The position numbers and the translations under genes are program-made. A model generated the notes under the pieces. The model did no database searches, was not told the DNA's origin, and was given only the letters and a program-made list of their open reading frames with translations. A stretch of DNA of 64,000 nucleotides, from the NCBI RefSeq assembly GCF_009914755.1, contig NC_060943.1, one strand, 5' to 3'. Position 1 is the first letter of the stretch, and the number at the start of each line of letters is the position of its first letter. The stretch comes from the human T2T-CHM13v2.0 reference genome, Homo sapiens. Below are positions 1-15,100 of this stretch, one piece after another.

Positions 1-3000
1 AGTAATCTTGGGACAAGGTGGGAGAGCTCAGGGTTACGAAGCCGGCTTCTTTTGGTTCAGACCAAGGCTGAATTATAAAATTCCAACAATTGGGCAAACT
101 AATTGGGGCCCTGTTTATGGCCTTTTTAATTTCCCATGTCCTTTCATACCCAGGCTGCAGATATGCTTTATTAAAATGGATACTGGAATATCTGGTCATT
201 TCTGTGAAGTTTTGTAAGTTATTTGCTCTAATTGCCTGTAGTTACCCAGATCAACATGGGCCCAAGTGTCCAGGATCTGAAAGAATAAATCTGGGCCTTA
301 AAGCCAGCAGGATGTGGACACATAGGATTTTTTTTTTTTTAAGATAAAGAAGGCTACTAAAAGTGGCCCTGTCTTAAAATATACAACTTCTTATGCTTCT
401 AGATGTTTCACTATAGGTAGGTGCGGGCAGGTTGCAAAACCTATCTCAGTCTGGGAAGATTATTTTGTTTCCTTGAAGAATTTTTAACACTGTATATGTG
501 AGTGAGGTGCTGTACATATTTTCCTATTTTTCTTCAAATAATCCATACAGGCTCAGTGGACAGGTCTGTTGTGTAGAGTTTTTGAAAACCATGCATTTCT
601 TCTCATGGAGAAGCAGTCATTTTCCTTAACTGGTTTTTCTTTCTCTGCCGCGGTGCAGAGCCCTTTTCTGTCTTCTTATTTTTCTTCCTCTGCTGTTCTG
701 TTTCCCTCCATCTTTGTCCTTCTTTCTTTTCAGTTGTGGGCCTAGCTTGGCACTCTCTCTCCAGGTTTGGCTTTTTTCTCTTTTTTCGTTCTCCTTCTCT
801 CTATTTCTCTTTCTCCGTGGCCCTTTCAGTCTTTTTCTGTTGGGGGTACATTTCTCCTAGTGATGGCTGAAACTGGCATGGGTATGTATTTTAGAAATGT
901 TTCAGTGAAAACTGTTGCTGGTTTTTTTTTTGTTTGTTTGTTTTTTTTTTTTTTTTACCAAATAGTACTCAACAATAAAAGACAGAGGCTTTTCTTCCAT
1001 AATGGCAGCAAAATCCCTTTCCACAAACCAAAAACCCATATGAATTTTTAAAAAGTCTTATTTCTGGCTTCTCGATGATTTTTCTCTCCAATGGGGGAAA
1101 TACCTTTCCCCCACAATGTTTCCTGCTTTTCCTTTTTTCCCCCCTTGTCTTTTTTTTTTCTCTTCCTATTACCAGCATCAGTGGCTTCCTTTCCCCATTT
1201 CCCATGTCCTTCTACTCTGTGGCCTGCATGTCCCCTTGCTCTTTCCATCACCTGAACTCTTACACTTGCCAGTGACTCAGACCTGGAGAAGCCTTGAATC
1301 GTATGAGGGATTTTTTGTCTTGATTCTGGTCTTTGGTGCAGGATGTAAAGCGGTCTGATCTCCTGCCTGGGGCTGGAGGGGAGAAGGGAAGGAGGCTGGG
1401 CTGGGAACAGGTAATCTTCCAACAGGAGCCTCCACTCTTTAACAAAAGGGGGACAGTTTCCTTTTGTCTAGGGCTCATGAGGGGCGTGTCTGGGCTGATG
1501 GCCGCCACCAGTGGCATGCAGGAGGAGGGGGCCCGCAGTGAAGGGTGCTTGAAATGTTTCTAATGGAACCCGAGCAATTCCTCTGTGTGCGCCCAAAATA
1601 GGAGGGGAGGAAGGGAGGGAGGGAGGAAAGAGAAATAGAGAAAGAGACCTTCTCATCTCCCGAAGCATCAGAATATCCTGGCCACTCCTCCAGAAAGGCC
1701 TCCTCCACTGGGAGCCAGCAGCCCATAGAGAGAATGGGGTGAGGGGAAAGTATTTGCCTGAGAATCTTCTGCCCACCTGCAAGGTTATAGCCACTGGCAG
1801 GAGAAGGACAATTGACAATTGTTCTTCCTCCAACTTTCTGCCCTGGGAAAGGCCTGTTGCTTCTTCTGTTAAGAGAGCCTTGAGGGGGTGCTTGGGGCTC
1901 TTTGTAGGTCCCTGAGGCTCTATTGAGACACTCTTCTGCCGCCTCTCCTCTGATCTCTCCGCCAGTCCGTGGAGTTTTGACCCCCAACCCCTCTCCAGGA
2001 GCCAGTCGTGCATCTTGTCCTGTTTCCCTAACTTCTACATGGATCCTTCCATCTGTCATTTCCCAGCTGTGGGACTGTTGCTGCCCCCACCTCTATCCCT
2101 GACCCAGTTGTACCACCAGATTCAGATTCAACCCATGTCGAGCATGTCTCTTCTACTGTGGCACTGTGGTCTGTGAAGTGGAACATGCCAGGATTCTCCA
2201 GGAGGCTCGTGTTGGCCATTTTCTGTTTGGTGTCTAATATTTAGTATAAATCAGAATACAAGAAAAACACCTCCATGCCAAATATAAACTCACTTGTAGT
2301 TTTTAATGACCTCATCTTGACTTTAGAAGGTAAAATTGTTTCCACAAGGTGGAGAGGCAGGATTTGGTACCTTATGTCATGTCTCTGAGCTAACATCTTT
2401 GGCTGATTGGACTGAAGCTGGTTATTAACATGATGTGAATTATTGGACACCACCCTAAGAGGCCTGTCTCTGATACCACCTGCCTTCTGTACTCTCACCT
2501 CTAACCGTTTCTTTCAGGGATCAGCCATGAGCTCAGTTCACTTGAGATGGATAATTCAGGGCACAGACTGGGGTCCCAGGTGTTGGGCAGCCCCTCTCCC
2601 ATTGTCAGGGTTCAGCGCCAGCCCAGGGCTGGATGTTTTATTTTGGCATGCCCCAGGTGCTCTTCCGGGAACCTTTCTGCCAACATAAAGGCCACAAAGC
2701 ACAGGGTTTCAGTTGGGGAAGAAAGGGGCACGAGTGAGCAGTGACCTTTTTTCCGTCGCCAGCTGAGGACTGAGCCTCGCTGAGGGAGAGGGCGGCTGTA
2801 GGGATGGGGTTCTGAGTGGAATTGGATCCCTTTCTCCCTGTCTGCAGCCACATCCTTCTTCCTCTGCTTTTCCTTTTATGTCATATCTATTTCCTTCTTA
2901 CTGTGTTTCGAAGGCCTCAAGCATGGCTGCTCCATAGCTCTAACTGGAGAGACCCCCTCAGAAGTGGGACTCCCCTACCCAGTGCTCACCCTTTCTGCTT

Positions 3001-4269
3001 GCTGTGAGGAAGGTCCCCAAGTGGAGGACCAGAGCAGGGGCTCCCCGGTGGGTCACTTCTCTGTGACTTGATTTCCCCCAGGTGGCCTGTTTTTGATAGA
3101 GCCCTTTGCTGTTTTTTGTTGTGTCCTTTCTTAGCTCTTTTCTTTTCATTTGGGTTTCTCATTTTATACTTTTGCACTTTGCACTGCTAGGGTTTGGGCT
3201 CTTTAGTCTAAATTGATTTGGGAGACAGGTAAGAAAACTAATCTCAGGTCAACTGGAGAGGGCAGATCTGGAGAATTAAATGCCTGTGCAGTGGTGAGGG
3301 GCGTTGGTCAGATTCCTTGCCTCTGCTCAGAGGTAGTGTCCATCTTTTTGCCTTTGTCACTTCTCCCCGGGTCTGGCTGTTGTTTGTGGCTGCGTGTAGA
3401 GCTTGTCAGGCGGAGTGCTGTGACAGGAGGCTATTTTAATAAACTGTTGCAGTTTCTCGAGCCGAGCTGTGTTGCGTTGGCATCCCTCGTCACCGCTAAT
3501 GGAGTGTGCGTGGCTGGGTGTGGGCCGAAGGAGGAGGCTGAGCTTGCTGGGGGCTGGGGGAGAAGGGAGGGACGTGTGGGGTGCTGGCCTCCCCCTTGTC
3601 TGAGAGTGCTCCTTCAGCAGCCAGACCTGGGGGCATCACAAGGTGGCAGTACCCTGGGCACCAGATCCCTGCCCTGGAAGTACTGCTGGCATGGACACTT
3701 TCTGAGCTCTCTTTCTTCTTATTTCTATTCATAGCACCGCAGGCCCGTGTGTATGTGGCCGGGGAGGAAAACTTCCACTCGCCCCTGTGTGCTCCATAGG
3801 AAGAAAAAAAAAAAGAAAGAAAGAAATAGAAACAGAAAAAGAGAGTGTGCAGGCCCGAGAGAAAGACTGAAACCAAAACACAGAGAGAAGGCGCAGCTGC
3901 TTCCCCAAGGCCTTCTGGGGCTCCCGCCCGCCAGCCCGCCGGGAGTCAGGCCTTTATTTATTTATTTTTCAGGCTTAAAAAAAAATTTCGAGTCTTCCAC
4001 AATCCCAGTCCCCCCCAATGCCCCACCCCACCCCCAGATTTGCTGGGTGGCTGCTGCCAAATGGACCCGAGTGGGAGCCTGGAATGAAAAATTCATAACT
4101 GCTGGACTTTGCTTGTTCATTAGACGTGAACTTGTCGATTGGGCAAATTGTTTTTGGTCTCCAACTGCCGGGGGCTCTCCCCACCCTCCCTGCTCGCCCG
4201 GTTCCCTCCTCCCCTTGGACGCAGCCATTGGCTGCTCGTGGATGTCTCTTTGCCAAATAGGTGGATCCT

Positions 4270-4318
<49 letters not shown>

Positions 4319-4320
4319 TT
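4270..4320. repeat. (CT)n microsatellite
   Basis: Long CT run read directly; a (GA)-rich tract follows at 4381-4410. Confidence 0.95.
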
Positions 4321-5246
4321 CTCCCCCCACCCCTTTTTACTGGCTTGGCACAAGCAAATGGATGGGGATTGAGCCTGAAAGGAGAGAGAGAGAGGGAGTT
4401 TGAGAGAGAGAAAAGGAGCAAAAAAAAAAAACACCCCAAAAACCCAACCAGTGCGCACACACACGCGCACACTCACACACACGCCCCATCCCATCCACGT
4501 CCTCCCTCGATCCTCGATCTCTCCCTCCCCCCCTTCTTCCTTTCCTCCCTCCCTCGCTCCCTCTCTCTCTTTTGCACGCGTCTGCCAGCAACGGTCTGCA
4601 GCCGGTCAGAACTCGTCCTCTTCCCCGGGAATCTGCGAGCTCCCCCTTTTCCTCCGATCAGGCAGCTCGAAGTTTACACCCCTGTGCCGCTGCCAAAGCC
4701 GAAAGCCTTTTTCTTCAGCTGCCGCTTTTTCCCTCCTGGGTTTTGTTTTTGTTTTTGTTTTGCACGGGGGTGGGGTGGGGTGCGTTGTTGGTTGTGGGGA
4801 GATGGTGGGAGGCTGGTTTTGATTTTTAAATTTTGCATTTTTTTCTTTTTTTTTTTTTTTAAACTGGAAGAGGATGCACAGGGGAAGAAATTGAAAAAAA
4901 AATTTTGTTGGCTTTTGTTTACCTGGCGTGTGTGGCAGCCGGCTCGCTCCCTCTCTCTGCTTGCTATCCCTGACCTTTCTTTCTTTTTGCTCCTTTTCAA
5001 AAAAAATATTAATTTCCCCCTTCTGTGCAATGGAGCATGGGGGGGGGGAGGAGGGGGAAGGGTTTGAGAATCCACCCAAGCCCGGCCCCTATTCCCCAGA
5101 ACACCAATAATAACCCCCTTTAAAACATTTACCTTCCTCCCCTGCTCCTCCTCCTCCCCCCTCCCCCCACCCGCCCCCAACTCACAACTCTTTTGAGTCC
5201 AGAATCTCAGAATCGGGCGTTGGGCTTTGCCGGGTGCTTCAGATCA

Positions 5247-5249
5247 ATG
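5247..5249 (+). CDS. NFIX: ATG-only coding end of a further alternative first exon (gives MDEFHPF...)
   Basis: tcaATG|gtaatt donor; splicing to exon 2 gives ATG GAT GAG TTC in frame. The exon 5' end is not determinable (probably within 4.3-5.2 kb). Confidence 0.6.
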
Positions 5250-5849
5250 GTAATTATTTAATTTTTTCCAGTTTTATTTTTGTAAACAGAAATCAATTAT
5301 TATTTAAACTTCAAACAAGCAAACAACCAAAAAAAAAAAAAAAAAACCAAACAAAACCGAGAGAGCCCATCCTTCTGTCACCTGACTGAGTGGGAAAAAG
5401 GGTGAAGGGGTTGTGGGAGGCTGGGGAAGGGGTCGCAAGAAGACCCATGTAGCTTTTAACCCTAATGTGGCCGAGACAAGCACCTTATTTGTGCTAACAA
5501 GAAGTGTTTTGTTCATTATTACTGTGATTAACATTAGTATTGGTGTCGATAACAAAGCTGAAATCACATATTTAGGATTTAGGTCTGATTAAAAAATGTT
5601 GGGGTGGATGTTCCAACTGGATCAGGAGAAAAGAAAATGAAAACAGCCTGGGGAGAGGGAAGCCTGATCTGTTTCCTCACTCGCTTGCTCGTGGATGTCA
5701 TTTTCTGTCTTCTTGGGGGCGGCCAAAAATCGACCGGTGTCGGGGACCAGAGGCGGCCCCGCACGCCCCCGCGTGTGCGTCCACGGGCGTCTGTGCAGAC
5801 GGACACTGTGCCGGGGCGAGCTGACAGGAGTTCACGGCTGCGATAGAAC

Positions 5850-5900
5850 ATGGAGATGTCATGGGCGCGACAGAGCCTGGCGGGGATACCAGCAGCGTGT
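5850..5900 (+). CDS. NFIX: Coding part of an alternative first exon: [17 protein letters not shown]
   Basis: aacATGG with strong Kozak (A at -3, G at +4); 17 codons ending at TGT|gtgtgt, phase 0, joins exon 2 in frame. Matches my recollection of an annotated NFIX N-terminus. Confidence 0.85.
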
Positions 5901-6143
5901 GTGTGTGGACGGCAACGTTGTCTGTGCGCGTGTGTGTGAGTGAGTGAGGGAGAGAGAGAGAGAATAGGTGTGTGTAGAGGCTCCCGGTGCCTCTGTCTGG
6001 CTGCTGAGGCTGAGATGGGAGCAAGTGGCTGGCGAAGCTGGTGGTGGCTTCAAACCACACTTTCGTAGAACAATCGCAAGAGAAAATTGTTGGGGGGAGG
6101 GAGGAGGAGGAGAAGGCGGTTTTCCTTGTGCCCCCCCTTCTAA

Positions 6144-7067
<924 letters not shown>

Positions 7068-7939
7068 TGATGCCCCCAGAATTATCCATGATGGTGAGAG
7101 TTTGAGATGAACAACAACAGCAAACCAGTAATTGCTCTTATTAAAATGAGTCAGAAGAAGTATTGAGGGGCAGGTGCTAGTTTTACTGCAGCTTCACCTC
7201 CAGTCCCAGGAAAAACTGGGTTTGGTACAAGCGGGATGGGCAGGAGTCCGGTGGAGAGAAGGGGCATGTGAAACCCTGGGATATGAGACTGAATGAACAG
7301 AAAAGAGGAGAGAAGACAGTAGTGGGCAGATTCTGTGGCCTAAATACTCAGGCGGGAGCTGTTTTGGCTGGGATTTGGCTGTCAGTATGAAAGTAATTTG
7401 ATTTCATAGAGAGTGAAAACAAGGACGAGATTCCTTGAGCTCTTTCCCTTCTCCTTATTTCAGCTAAAGTGGCAAGGCCTCAGGATGGATGCCCACAGCC
7501 CTGGCACTGGGGAGCAGAGAGGCTTTCTCGGGGCACAGGCATGGCAGGGAGCAGCGTTGCTGTGGAAGAGGTCTTAAACAAGCAAACAAACAAACCAAAA
7601 AAAAAAAAAACTCTGTAAAATCTCCTTTTCCTTTTGTGTTCCAAGTAGTTCTGCTTCTCTTCGCTTTTCCAGTTTTACCCTGCATTTTGGGTCAGGGTGG
7701 TTTAGTTCTCCTCCTCTGTTCCTTTTTTCCCTTACCCTTTCCCTTTTTATAATTTCTTTCCGCTTTTGTTTTCTTACAAATTGAAACAGAGATGGCTGGT
7801 TAATTTTTAGCCTCCACTCAGCTACGCCCAATTTACTGCCGCCTTTGAAACCTAAACGGGCGGCACTCTGTGATTAAGCAAGGCAGAAGTGTGTTTACAT
7901 TATGCCCAACCAACTTGTAATGAGAGGGCTACCAAACCT

Positions 7940-7940
7940 T

Positions 7941-7978
<38 letters not shown>

Positions 7979-7986
7979 TGTGTGTT
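7940..7986. repeat. Compound (CT)n(GT)n microsatellite
   Basis: Read directly. Confidence 0.95.
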
Positions 7987-10289
7987 TCCTTTCCACCATT
8001 CCAGTATTTTTTCCCCTTCATTTTCCTTCTTCCTCTCTTTATGCGAATTTGAGAGAATGTGGCTTAACTTCAACTCTCGCAAAGGTTGTTTCTCCGCGAG
8101 TGTGTGTCTCTGTGTCTTTCTTCCTGTTCATTCACAAAAAAGAAAAGTGATTCACAATGGCTGTGGTCACCCCCTTGCCTGTTTGGGAAGTTGGGAGGAA
8201 TGATATAACTGGATCCAGAAATAAAATTCGGGTTTGGGGGTGCTTTCAGCACTGCGTCAGGAATGTAATCTAGACTAGAGTGAGCCCTGAGTTTACATGT
8301 TGGAGAACTGTGGAGAGGAGAAGGTGGTATTGGAATTCTTGTCCTGAGAGGTTGCTTTGGTAACTGGTTAGAAGCAGGGGACACCACTCTCACCCCCCAA
8401 GTCTCTACCTACTTCTGTGGATCTTTCTAGGCCTGCATCCGGCCCTGTGTGACCATCGTGACCCGTCATGCAGAAGGGCCAGGTGCCAGTCATTCCCCCT
8501 CCCTTCAGCTTGAATTTTTTCTTTTGTCTTTTTTCTTTTTGGAAAACAGACTGAGAGGGAAAAAAAAGTTATCCCCTCATTCTCTGTCTATACAGCAAGC
8601 CAGATTTGGGAGGGTGTGTGCCTGGTAGTATTGGAGGTGACTGGTGGCTTGCAGAAGGCTCGGAGCCTCGAGCTTACCAGTGTGGCCATCAGATACTCCT
8701 GCACAAGGGGATTCTGCACCTTCCAATTTTAGAACCAGGGGCTCGAGAGCATCTAAGATGAAAATCAACACTCATCTTCCTCTGAGCTGGCTTCCTCCAA
8801 CCCCGCTCTCTGACTGGATCCTTGTAGCTGAGTTGTTTCCCTGGCCTCTTTTATTTTAGGCCGAATTCTTGACTGCTGCCAGTGTGGGGCTAAGGTAGGA
8901 TGAAAAGTATGTGAGGAAGCAGACCGTTTCCTGGCCAGAAGAAAGGCCCCACCATGCCTCCCTGCCAGCTTAAGAGATCATTCGCCCAGGAATATGAGTG
9001 AATTCATACCCCATTCCATGTAGCCGAGGCCACTTCTCTGGGCTGGGGCTGAGGCCGAGTCTCCTCTACAAAAGCAGAGTAGGGAACTAAGGGTGTATTT
9101 TATATCATTCAGGCCCCAGACTCCAGATAATTTCAGTGAAGGTAGGATTTTTCTCACTGGAATTGCTTTAGTTTGAGTGTGCCTTCCTGAAGTGAGTTGA
9201 GGCGAGTTGGCGCAGCCCGGGCCACCAGTGGGCTGCATCACTTGTTCCTCTTTGGAGTTGGGTTGGGTGGTCTTGAGATGGCACAGACCAGGCATGGCTT
9301 GCTTCCTCCTTGAGCTGGCAAGAAATAAAAACATTTCTTGCTTTGCTAGAAAATGTCTTCTGTGGCTGAGCCACCAAAGAGCATCGATCTGTGGGCACCA
9401 CTTTCTCCATGCCCATGCCTGCCAGGCACACTCAGCAGAGCTGCCACTTGCTCCTTCCTTCCAGGATGATAAACTGGGGACAGGGGCCGGGATGGCACAG
9501 GCTCAGACAAGAGCTGCTTTGGACTCTGAAATAAGTGTTTTTCCTTTTCTTAAGACAGGGCTGAAGAGCCAGATCTGGGCTGAGCTGGGGGTCCTGGGTT
9601 TCATGACAGTAACGGTGATGTGGTGGTAAATGTGGGGGTGTGGCTTTGCTCCCAGGTGCCATTGTCACCCATGGCCTTCCTGAGCCCTTGTTATGTCCCA
9701 GATGAAGCTTCAAGAGATGACATGTTCGAGAGGGAATAAAGGACGTGTGTTTGGCGTTGAAACTCCACTCCCAGAATACTGGGTCCAAATACAGAATACT
9801 AGGTCCAAAAGGCTGCCATGCGGCTGGCCTTCCTGCTGGGAAGGAGTCTGTCTGTGTGTCTGTCTGTGTTTAGGAAGGGAGGTTGAGGCAGGGCAGGGTC
9901 AGAGAGCACTGCCGTGGGGAGGAGGGTATCCATTTCCTGGTGATATCCTTCCATTCAAAGCGGGTATCCCAGAACAGGTGGCCAGGGACGGGTGAGCTGG
10001 GGAGGGCCAGGAGAGAGATCTCTGCTTGTGTGAGAAAGGATGGCCGAGCTGGCCTAGAACCGCTGCTAGACTATCTCCAAAGTTTCTGCAGCACCCTGAA
10101 GGTGAACCAGTGCCTTCAGACCTTCCCTGACACCTAAGCCTTGGTCCTAGGAAAGAAAAAAAAAAATCCAAAGCTAACAAAATACTTGAGCGAATGGAAC
10201 TGTCAGCGTCACCCTGTCAGATCCCTCCTGTGCGCCTGCAGCGGAATCCCCACGAAGTCCAGGTATTTGAGTGGTGGCTCTTTTCTTTA

Positions 10290-10850
10290 TCTAAACTCTT
10301 TAATGATGGAGAGCTTCCCACATAGAAAGAACTCCTGTGTACCCACCACTAGTGCCAGCAATCGCCAGATCACGGCCAATCTCAATTCAACCATCCTCCC
10401 AACTGCCCACCCATGCTGAGTTATTTAGAAGATCCAGGCATTATAGCTTTTCATCTGTAAATGTTTTTGTGCACATCTCTAAAGATACGGACTCTTGAAA
10501 AACCAAACCACAATACCACTATTATACCCATTAAAAATTCAGCATTTTTTTTTAGTATCATCAGATACTGGTTAATGTTCACATTTCCCTAATTATCACT
10601 TAATTTTTTGTTTATAGTTTGTTTGAATCAGGATCCAGATGGGGTCAGTCCTGCATTGCGATGGGTTGATCAGTCTCAAAAGACTCATCATAATCTCTAG
10701 GTAGTCCTTCTCCTCTTCCTCTTCCTTAGTCTTGGTTTCTTTTCTGGCAGTTGTCATTGTTGTTGTCGTTGAAGGAAACAGGTTGTTTGTCCTGTGGGGT
10801 TTCCTCAGCTGGACTCTGCAGGCTGCGCTGCCCCGAGTGATTCAGTGAGT
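10290..10850. mobile_element. Old L1 (L1MC/ME-like) 3' fragment
   Basis: AT-rich diverged stretch resembling ancient L1 3' UTR; family and ends approximate. Confidence 0.45.
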
Positions 10851-11346
10851 GTGGTGCTCTGAGAGCAGATTCGGCCTCCCCTCCCTCCCTACCTTCAGGT
10901 CCCGGGACAGCTGAGCTTAGCCTTACCTGTCGCAGGAAATGGGTTAGCACCTGAAGATTTGTCTAAGTGAACTTTTTCACCTGTGGGGTTGCCTTCTCAG
11001 GTATGAGAGCTTCTTGGTTTCGGCACTCTAGTTTAGGGTTTGGGGCTTTGTAGCAGGCACTAGTTTTCAGGTCTGAGGGAGGGCTGCCCATCCACGTCCT
11101 TCCTTGGCGGTGGAGGGCATTGTTCAGCTGTGTCCATACTGCCAAGACGGGGCTGGTGCCAGCGAGGTTCCCCAAGCCTTTGCTGGATGCCCAACCCGAC
11201 TGTTGGCTCTGGGGTGAGTATGTGGGAGGGTCCACAGGAGCACCCGCCGCTTTCTCCAGGTCCACCCCCACCATGGACCCTGTGCCGCCTCATCCATTGC
11301 CTCCTTTTTCAAGGCCCAGAAATGCCACTGGTCTGCGTCTTTGAGG

Positions 11347-11365
11347 CAGCGCCATCTGGTGCCAG
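11347..11365 (-). promoter_or_regulatory. Candidate CTCF site
   Basis: Minus strand CTGGCACCAGATGGCGCTG closely fits the CTCF core CCASYAGRKGGCRS. Confidence 0.55.
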
Positions 11366-12008
11366 GGCTGACAAAGATCGCAGGGCCCTGGAACTGACGC
11401 CTAAAATTAGCAGGATCTACAGATTATCTTTTAACCCAATGTAGGGTCCCCTTTAGAACATCCCAGAAGAGGTGTCACTGTCATTCAAAGGTCAGCTTTG
11501 GTTGTAAAATTCTTCCATTCTTCCATGTCTAGCTTGTAGGATGGTTCCAGGGATTAAACCAGCTAATATGTAAAGATACCGGCACATAGCAGGACGGCAG
11601 CTGCTGTGATTGAGGACAATTGTTATGATTTAGGGAGCCCAAGGCTGACTCTCTGTCACCTTTACTTGTTGGTCTTTTTTTTCTCTTAAGGGATGACCCA
11701 GGTGAAAGCTGATTTTCCTGTAACAGGACAGCATTTGAAATACCAAAGGCAGCTCTTATGTCTCCCTTCCACCCTTCTCCCCAGGAAGCTGTCTCCTCTC
11801 CAGCCTGAATATCACCAGTCCCTAATGCCTCCCACATTTCACATGGCTCCTAGTGCCCTTGCCATTTTGGTAACCACCTCCTGGAAGCCCTCTGGTTTGT
11901 TTTGGTCCCTCTGATTCATAAAATTTCTGAAACTGGAGTGTTCAGAATTGAACACAGAAACTCCAAGCATGATCAGATCCTAGCCAGCCATGGTGGCTAC
12001 ATAATTTT

Positions 12009-12164
12009 CAGGGCCTTCCAGCTACATACTGTGCAGGGCTCAGTGCAAAATGAAAATGTGGGGCTCCTTGTTCAAAATTTTTAGGAATTACAGCACGACA
12101 TCAGTTAGAGCATTTAACCAAGCGTGGGGGGCACGCAAGTTGCACACCCGTGAAGCTGGCCCTG
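12009..12164 (-). mobile_element. MER45A-like hAT DNA transposon
   Basis: cagtgcaaaatgaaaatgtggggctccttgttcaaaa...gtgaagctggccctg matches recalled MER45A consensus; CAGGGCC termini. Confidence 0.7.
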
Positions 12165-15100
12165 GCCACCTTTGTTTTGGACATTCGTGTCTGTTAATAC
12201 AACTTGGGGTGCTGGGTCTGGGTGATGTGGAATAATGATGGGGCTCAGGCTGGCCTCAGAGCGGGGCATGACCCCAAAGAGGAGAACAGAAATGCCCAGA
12301 CCCAATCCTTATGCTTGGGCTTGGTCTTATTCTCAGACTCCTTTGACCACCTGCTCTTGTCCCTTTTGTTCATAGTGCTGTCCACCCAACCAGTCAAGAG
12401 CTCCCATTGCCTACAACATGCAGGGGGTTTCTCAGTAGAGTGCTTGCTCTGCTGGCTGAATTGGAGGCTATGACATGGGGGAAAAAAGAGTCACCTTTGT
12501 CGGAGCTTGAGCCAGCAAAGCGCCGACCGTGAACAAGCCAGAGGGGACCTAGAGGCCTGATCCCATAATTATGGGCATGGTGACCAGCCGTGCTCTATTG
12601 CTGACCCAGAGGAAACAGGGCTACTCTGCAGCAGAAGGGCTGGGGTCCAGACGTGCAGAAGGACTTCCTGAGAACTTGGTTTACTTTTTGGCGCTTCCAA
12701 AGCATGGTAGAATTCCCTTTATCCATGAAATGCACACTTAGTCAACTTACTGTGAGCAAGGTCCTGGCCTAGGGGTTCCTAGATCTCTAAGAATAAGAGA
12801 ATCTTGCGTGTACCTGGCAGGCTTTGGGTAAAGGCCCGATGATATCTTCTAGAAGGCTTCCTCCCGTAGGCGTAGGCGTGAACCTGCAGTGACCCATGCT
12901 GGAGGGGAGGGAAAGCCCAAAGGGCCTTATTTGGGGGATAGCTCACAGTGGGCTGTGAATTGGGAGGCAAGGTCCTTCTTGGCCACCCTCTAGTGTTACA
13001 GAGACCTGGGATGCCAGAGGAAGAGTGGGTTAGAAGGGGTAATGAGGCCAGTGCTACGTTCTCCCTCTGTCCTGGCTTCCTGTAGCAGCTGGGCAGAGAG
13101 GGGACAGCTGAGTGTCCCCTTTTCTGCCTAGGGAAGAAGGTGACTCCCTCCCCACCCCTTTTTCTCTTTGCCCTGTCCGTCCCATCCCTCCACCCCCGCC
13201 CTTCTGTCTCAGGAGCTGCCACGCTTCAGTTATTTTATCCTTCAGTGTCCGATTCAGAAGTCTTTTCAAAGGCCCCAGCCGTGTCAGCGCGGTGCTCGCA
13301 CAAAAGGCCTCTTTGATTTCTTGTTTGTTTTCATTTGCCAGTGGAGGGGGAGGGGGGCAGGAGAGAAAGAGCTTCTGGGTTTTAAAATTTTTATTTGGGT
13401 TGCTTCATTCTCAGAGGAGTTGGCTCCCTGGAACTCCTTTCTGAGTTGGGGGCTCAGAGTTGAACGGCAGCCTTCTGAAGAGAGGGCTAGTGTAGGAGTG
13501 GAGGGTTGGGTGGAGCTCCCAGGGTGACAGGAGGAGGTGTAGGGGTTTAAATATAGTTATTGATTCATCCTACAAACACTTTGGGCAGATCTTATGTGCT
13601 AGGCCTAAGGGCAGCCCTGCCTGTTGGGTAGAGGAAAGGTCTGAGGTGTCTGGCACATGACATTCCCCTGTGTGTTGCATCGTTCGAGGACTCCTCACAG
13701 CTGTGGATTTGCACAGTTGTGAACTTTGACTTTGTTATTTTTCCTTTTTTGTCCCAGATTCCGCCTTTGAAGGGATTCTACTAGCATACACACTTCTTGG
13801 AGACTCAGTACTTCAGAATACAGGTTGGGGCTTCCCACCCTAAATCAGAGAATGAGGGAGAGGGAGTGAGAGGTTTATAGAGCAGCTAGGTGTCTTCCTG
13901 GGAATGGTGTGCAGAGGACCTGGGCCCACAGCTTGTTTTGGACTTTGAGGGCAGGTCAGTGCTGCTGAGACCTTGGTGAGTAGGGAGTTGAGGCCAAAAA
14001 GAAATGGAAGGCCATGTTTGTCCAAGGTTTCGAACAAGAGACACCCAAACCAGTGCCTGTTGGGGTGCGTACCTTAACACATGTGGGCACGTCCCTATAT
14101 CCCAGTAAGAAGAGGTGCAGCCTGCTGGTTTACATGCCTGTATGGAGGCCTAATTGTCAGGGCTTGGGAAGAGAGTGCCACAGACCGAGACTCAGGCAGG
14201 TGGTCACGGGCATCAGCAACAGGGAAGTGTGCCCATTGGGTGAGGGGGGGCTCACAGGGCCTGGTTGGCAGACGGGAGGAGGAGGCTGGGGGGCTGAGAG
14301 ATAGATAAATATAGCTGATGGCATTTCTGATGATAGGTTTTTCTTGGCACCAAGGGCACCGTGGAAAACAGCACGACAAACGCCCGGCCCTGCAGGCCGC
14401 CGTCGCCATTTTAAGCATGTTTGAGTTTAAGGGTTGTTGGCGTTAGAATAGGGTCCCAGGAGGAGGAGGGCCTAGGGAGGAGAAGTTTGGCTGGACTGGA
14501 CCTTACCCCCCAGGTGCCTGGGTCCCTTACTTTGTCTATAATGGATATCTCGTACCTTATTTCCTGGCCCTTTGGGGATTTAAAAAATATTCTGGGGCTG
14601 CCCTTTATGGGTCTGTCTCCCAAGTGACTTATTTCACCACCAGCTGCCATGGACTATCAGTAGGGGGCATCTTGGCTCTTCTCTCACTCCTGATGCCTTA
14701 CTGATGACATGGCATGCCACCACCACCCCAGTACAGGGTACTTATTAGCTGTTATTTGGGGACACCCAATAACTTAAGGGGCACCTGTTTGTCCAGGCTC
14801 CTAACAACTTCTTGTCCCCTGTGGGCATGCCCTTGGTCTCTATCCCCTGCTTTAATTCCATTTTTCCATTGAAGGCCCTCTATGGCTTTAGCACCAGGCT
14901 AAGTCCTCTCTATGTATTAATTCCCTGAATTCTCACCCTGATTCTAGTTTTAAGCCTGTGCTCCTGGCTGGGTGTGTGTGCACTCAGGTGATGTGCATAA
15001 TATGTGTAGTGAGGAATCAGCAAACCAGACCTGGGGACCAGGGAGGCTTCCTAGAAGACGACCTACTTGACCTGCACCTTGAAAGACAGTGAGGAATTAG

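Noticed and set aside
4047-4059. TGGCTGCTGCCAA as an NFI autoregulatory site
   Set aside because: Spacer is 4 nt; NFI dimers need 5.
3747-5180. Overlapping 150-270 aa ORFs with LSLSLS/RERERE/FFFF runs
   Set aside because: Translations of microsatellites and homopolymers that lack stop codons.
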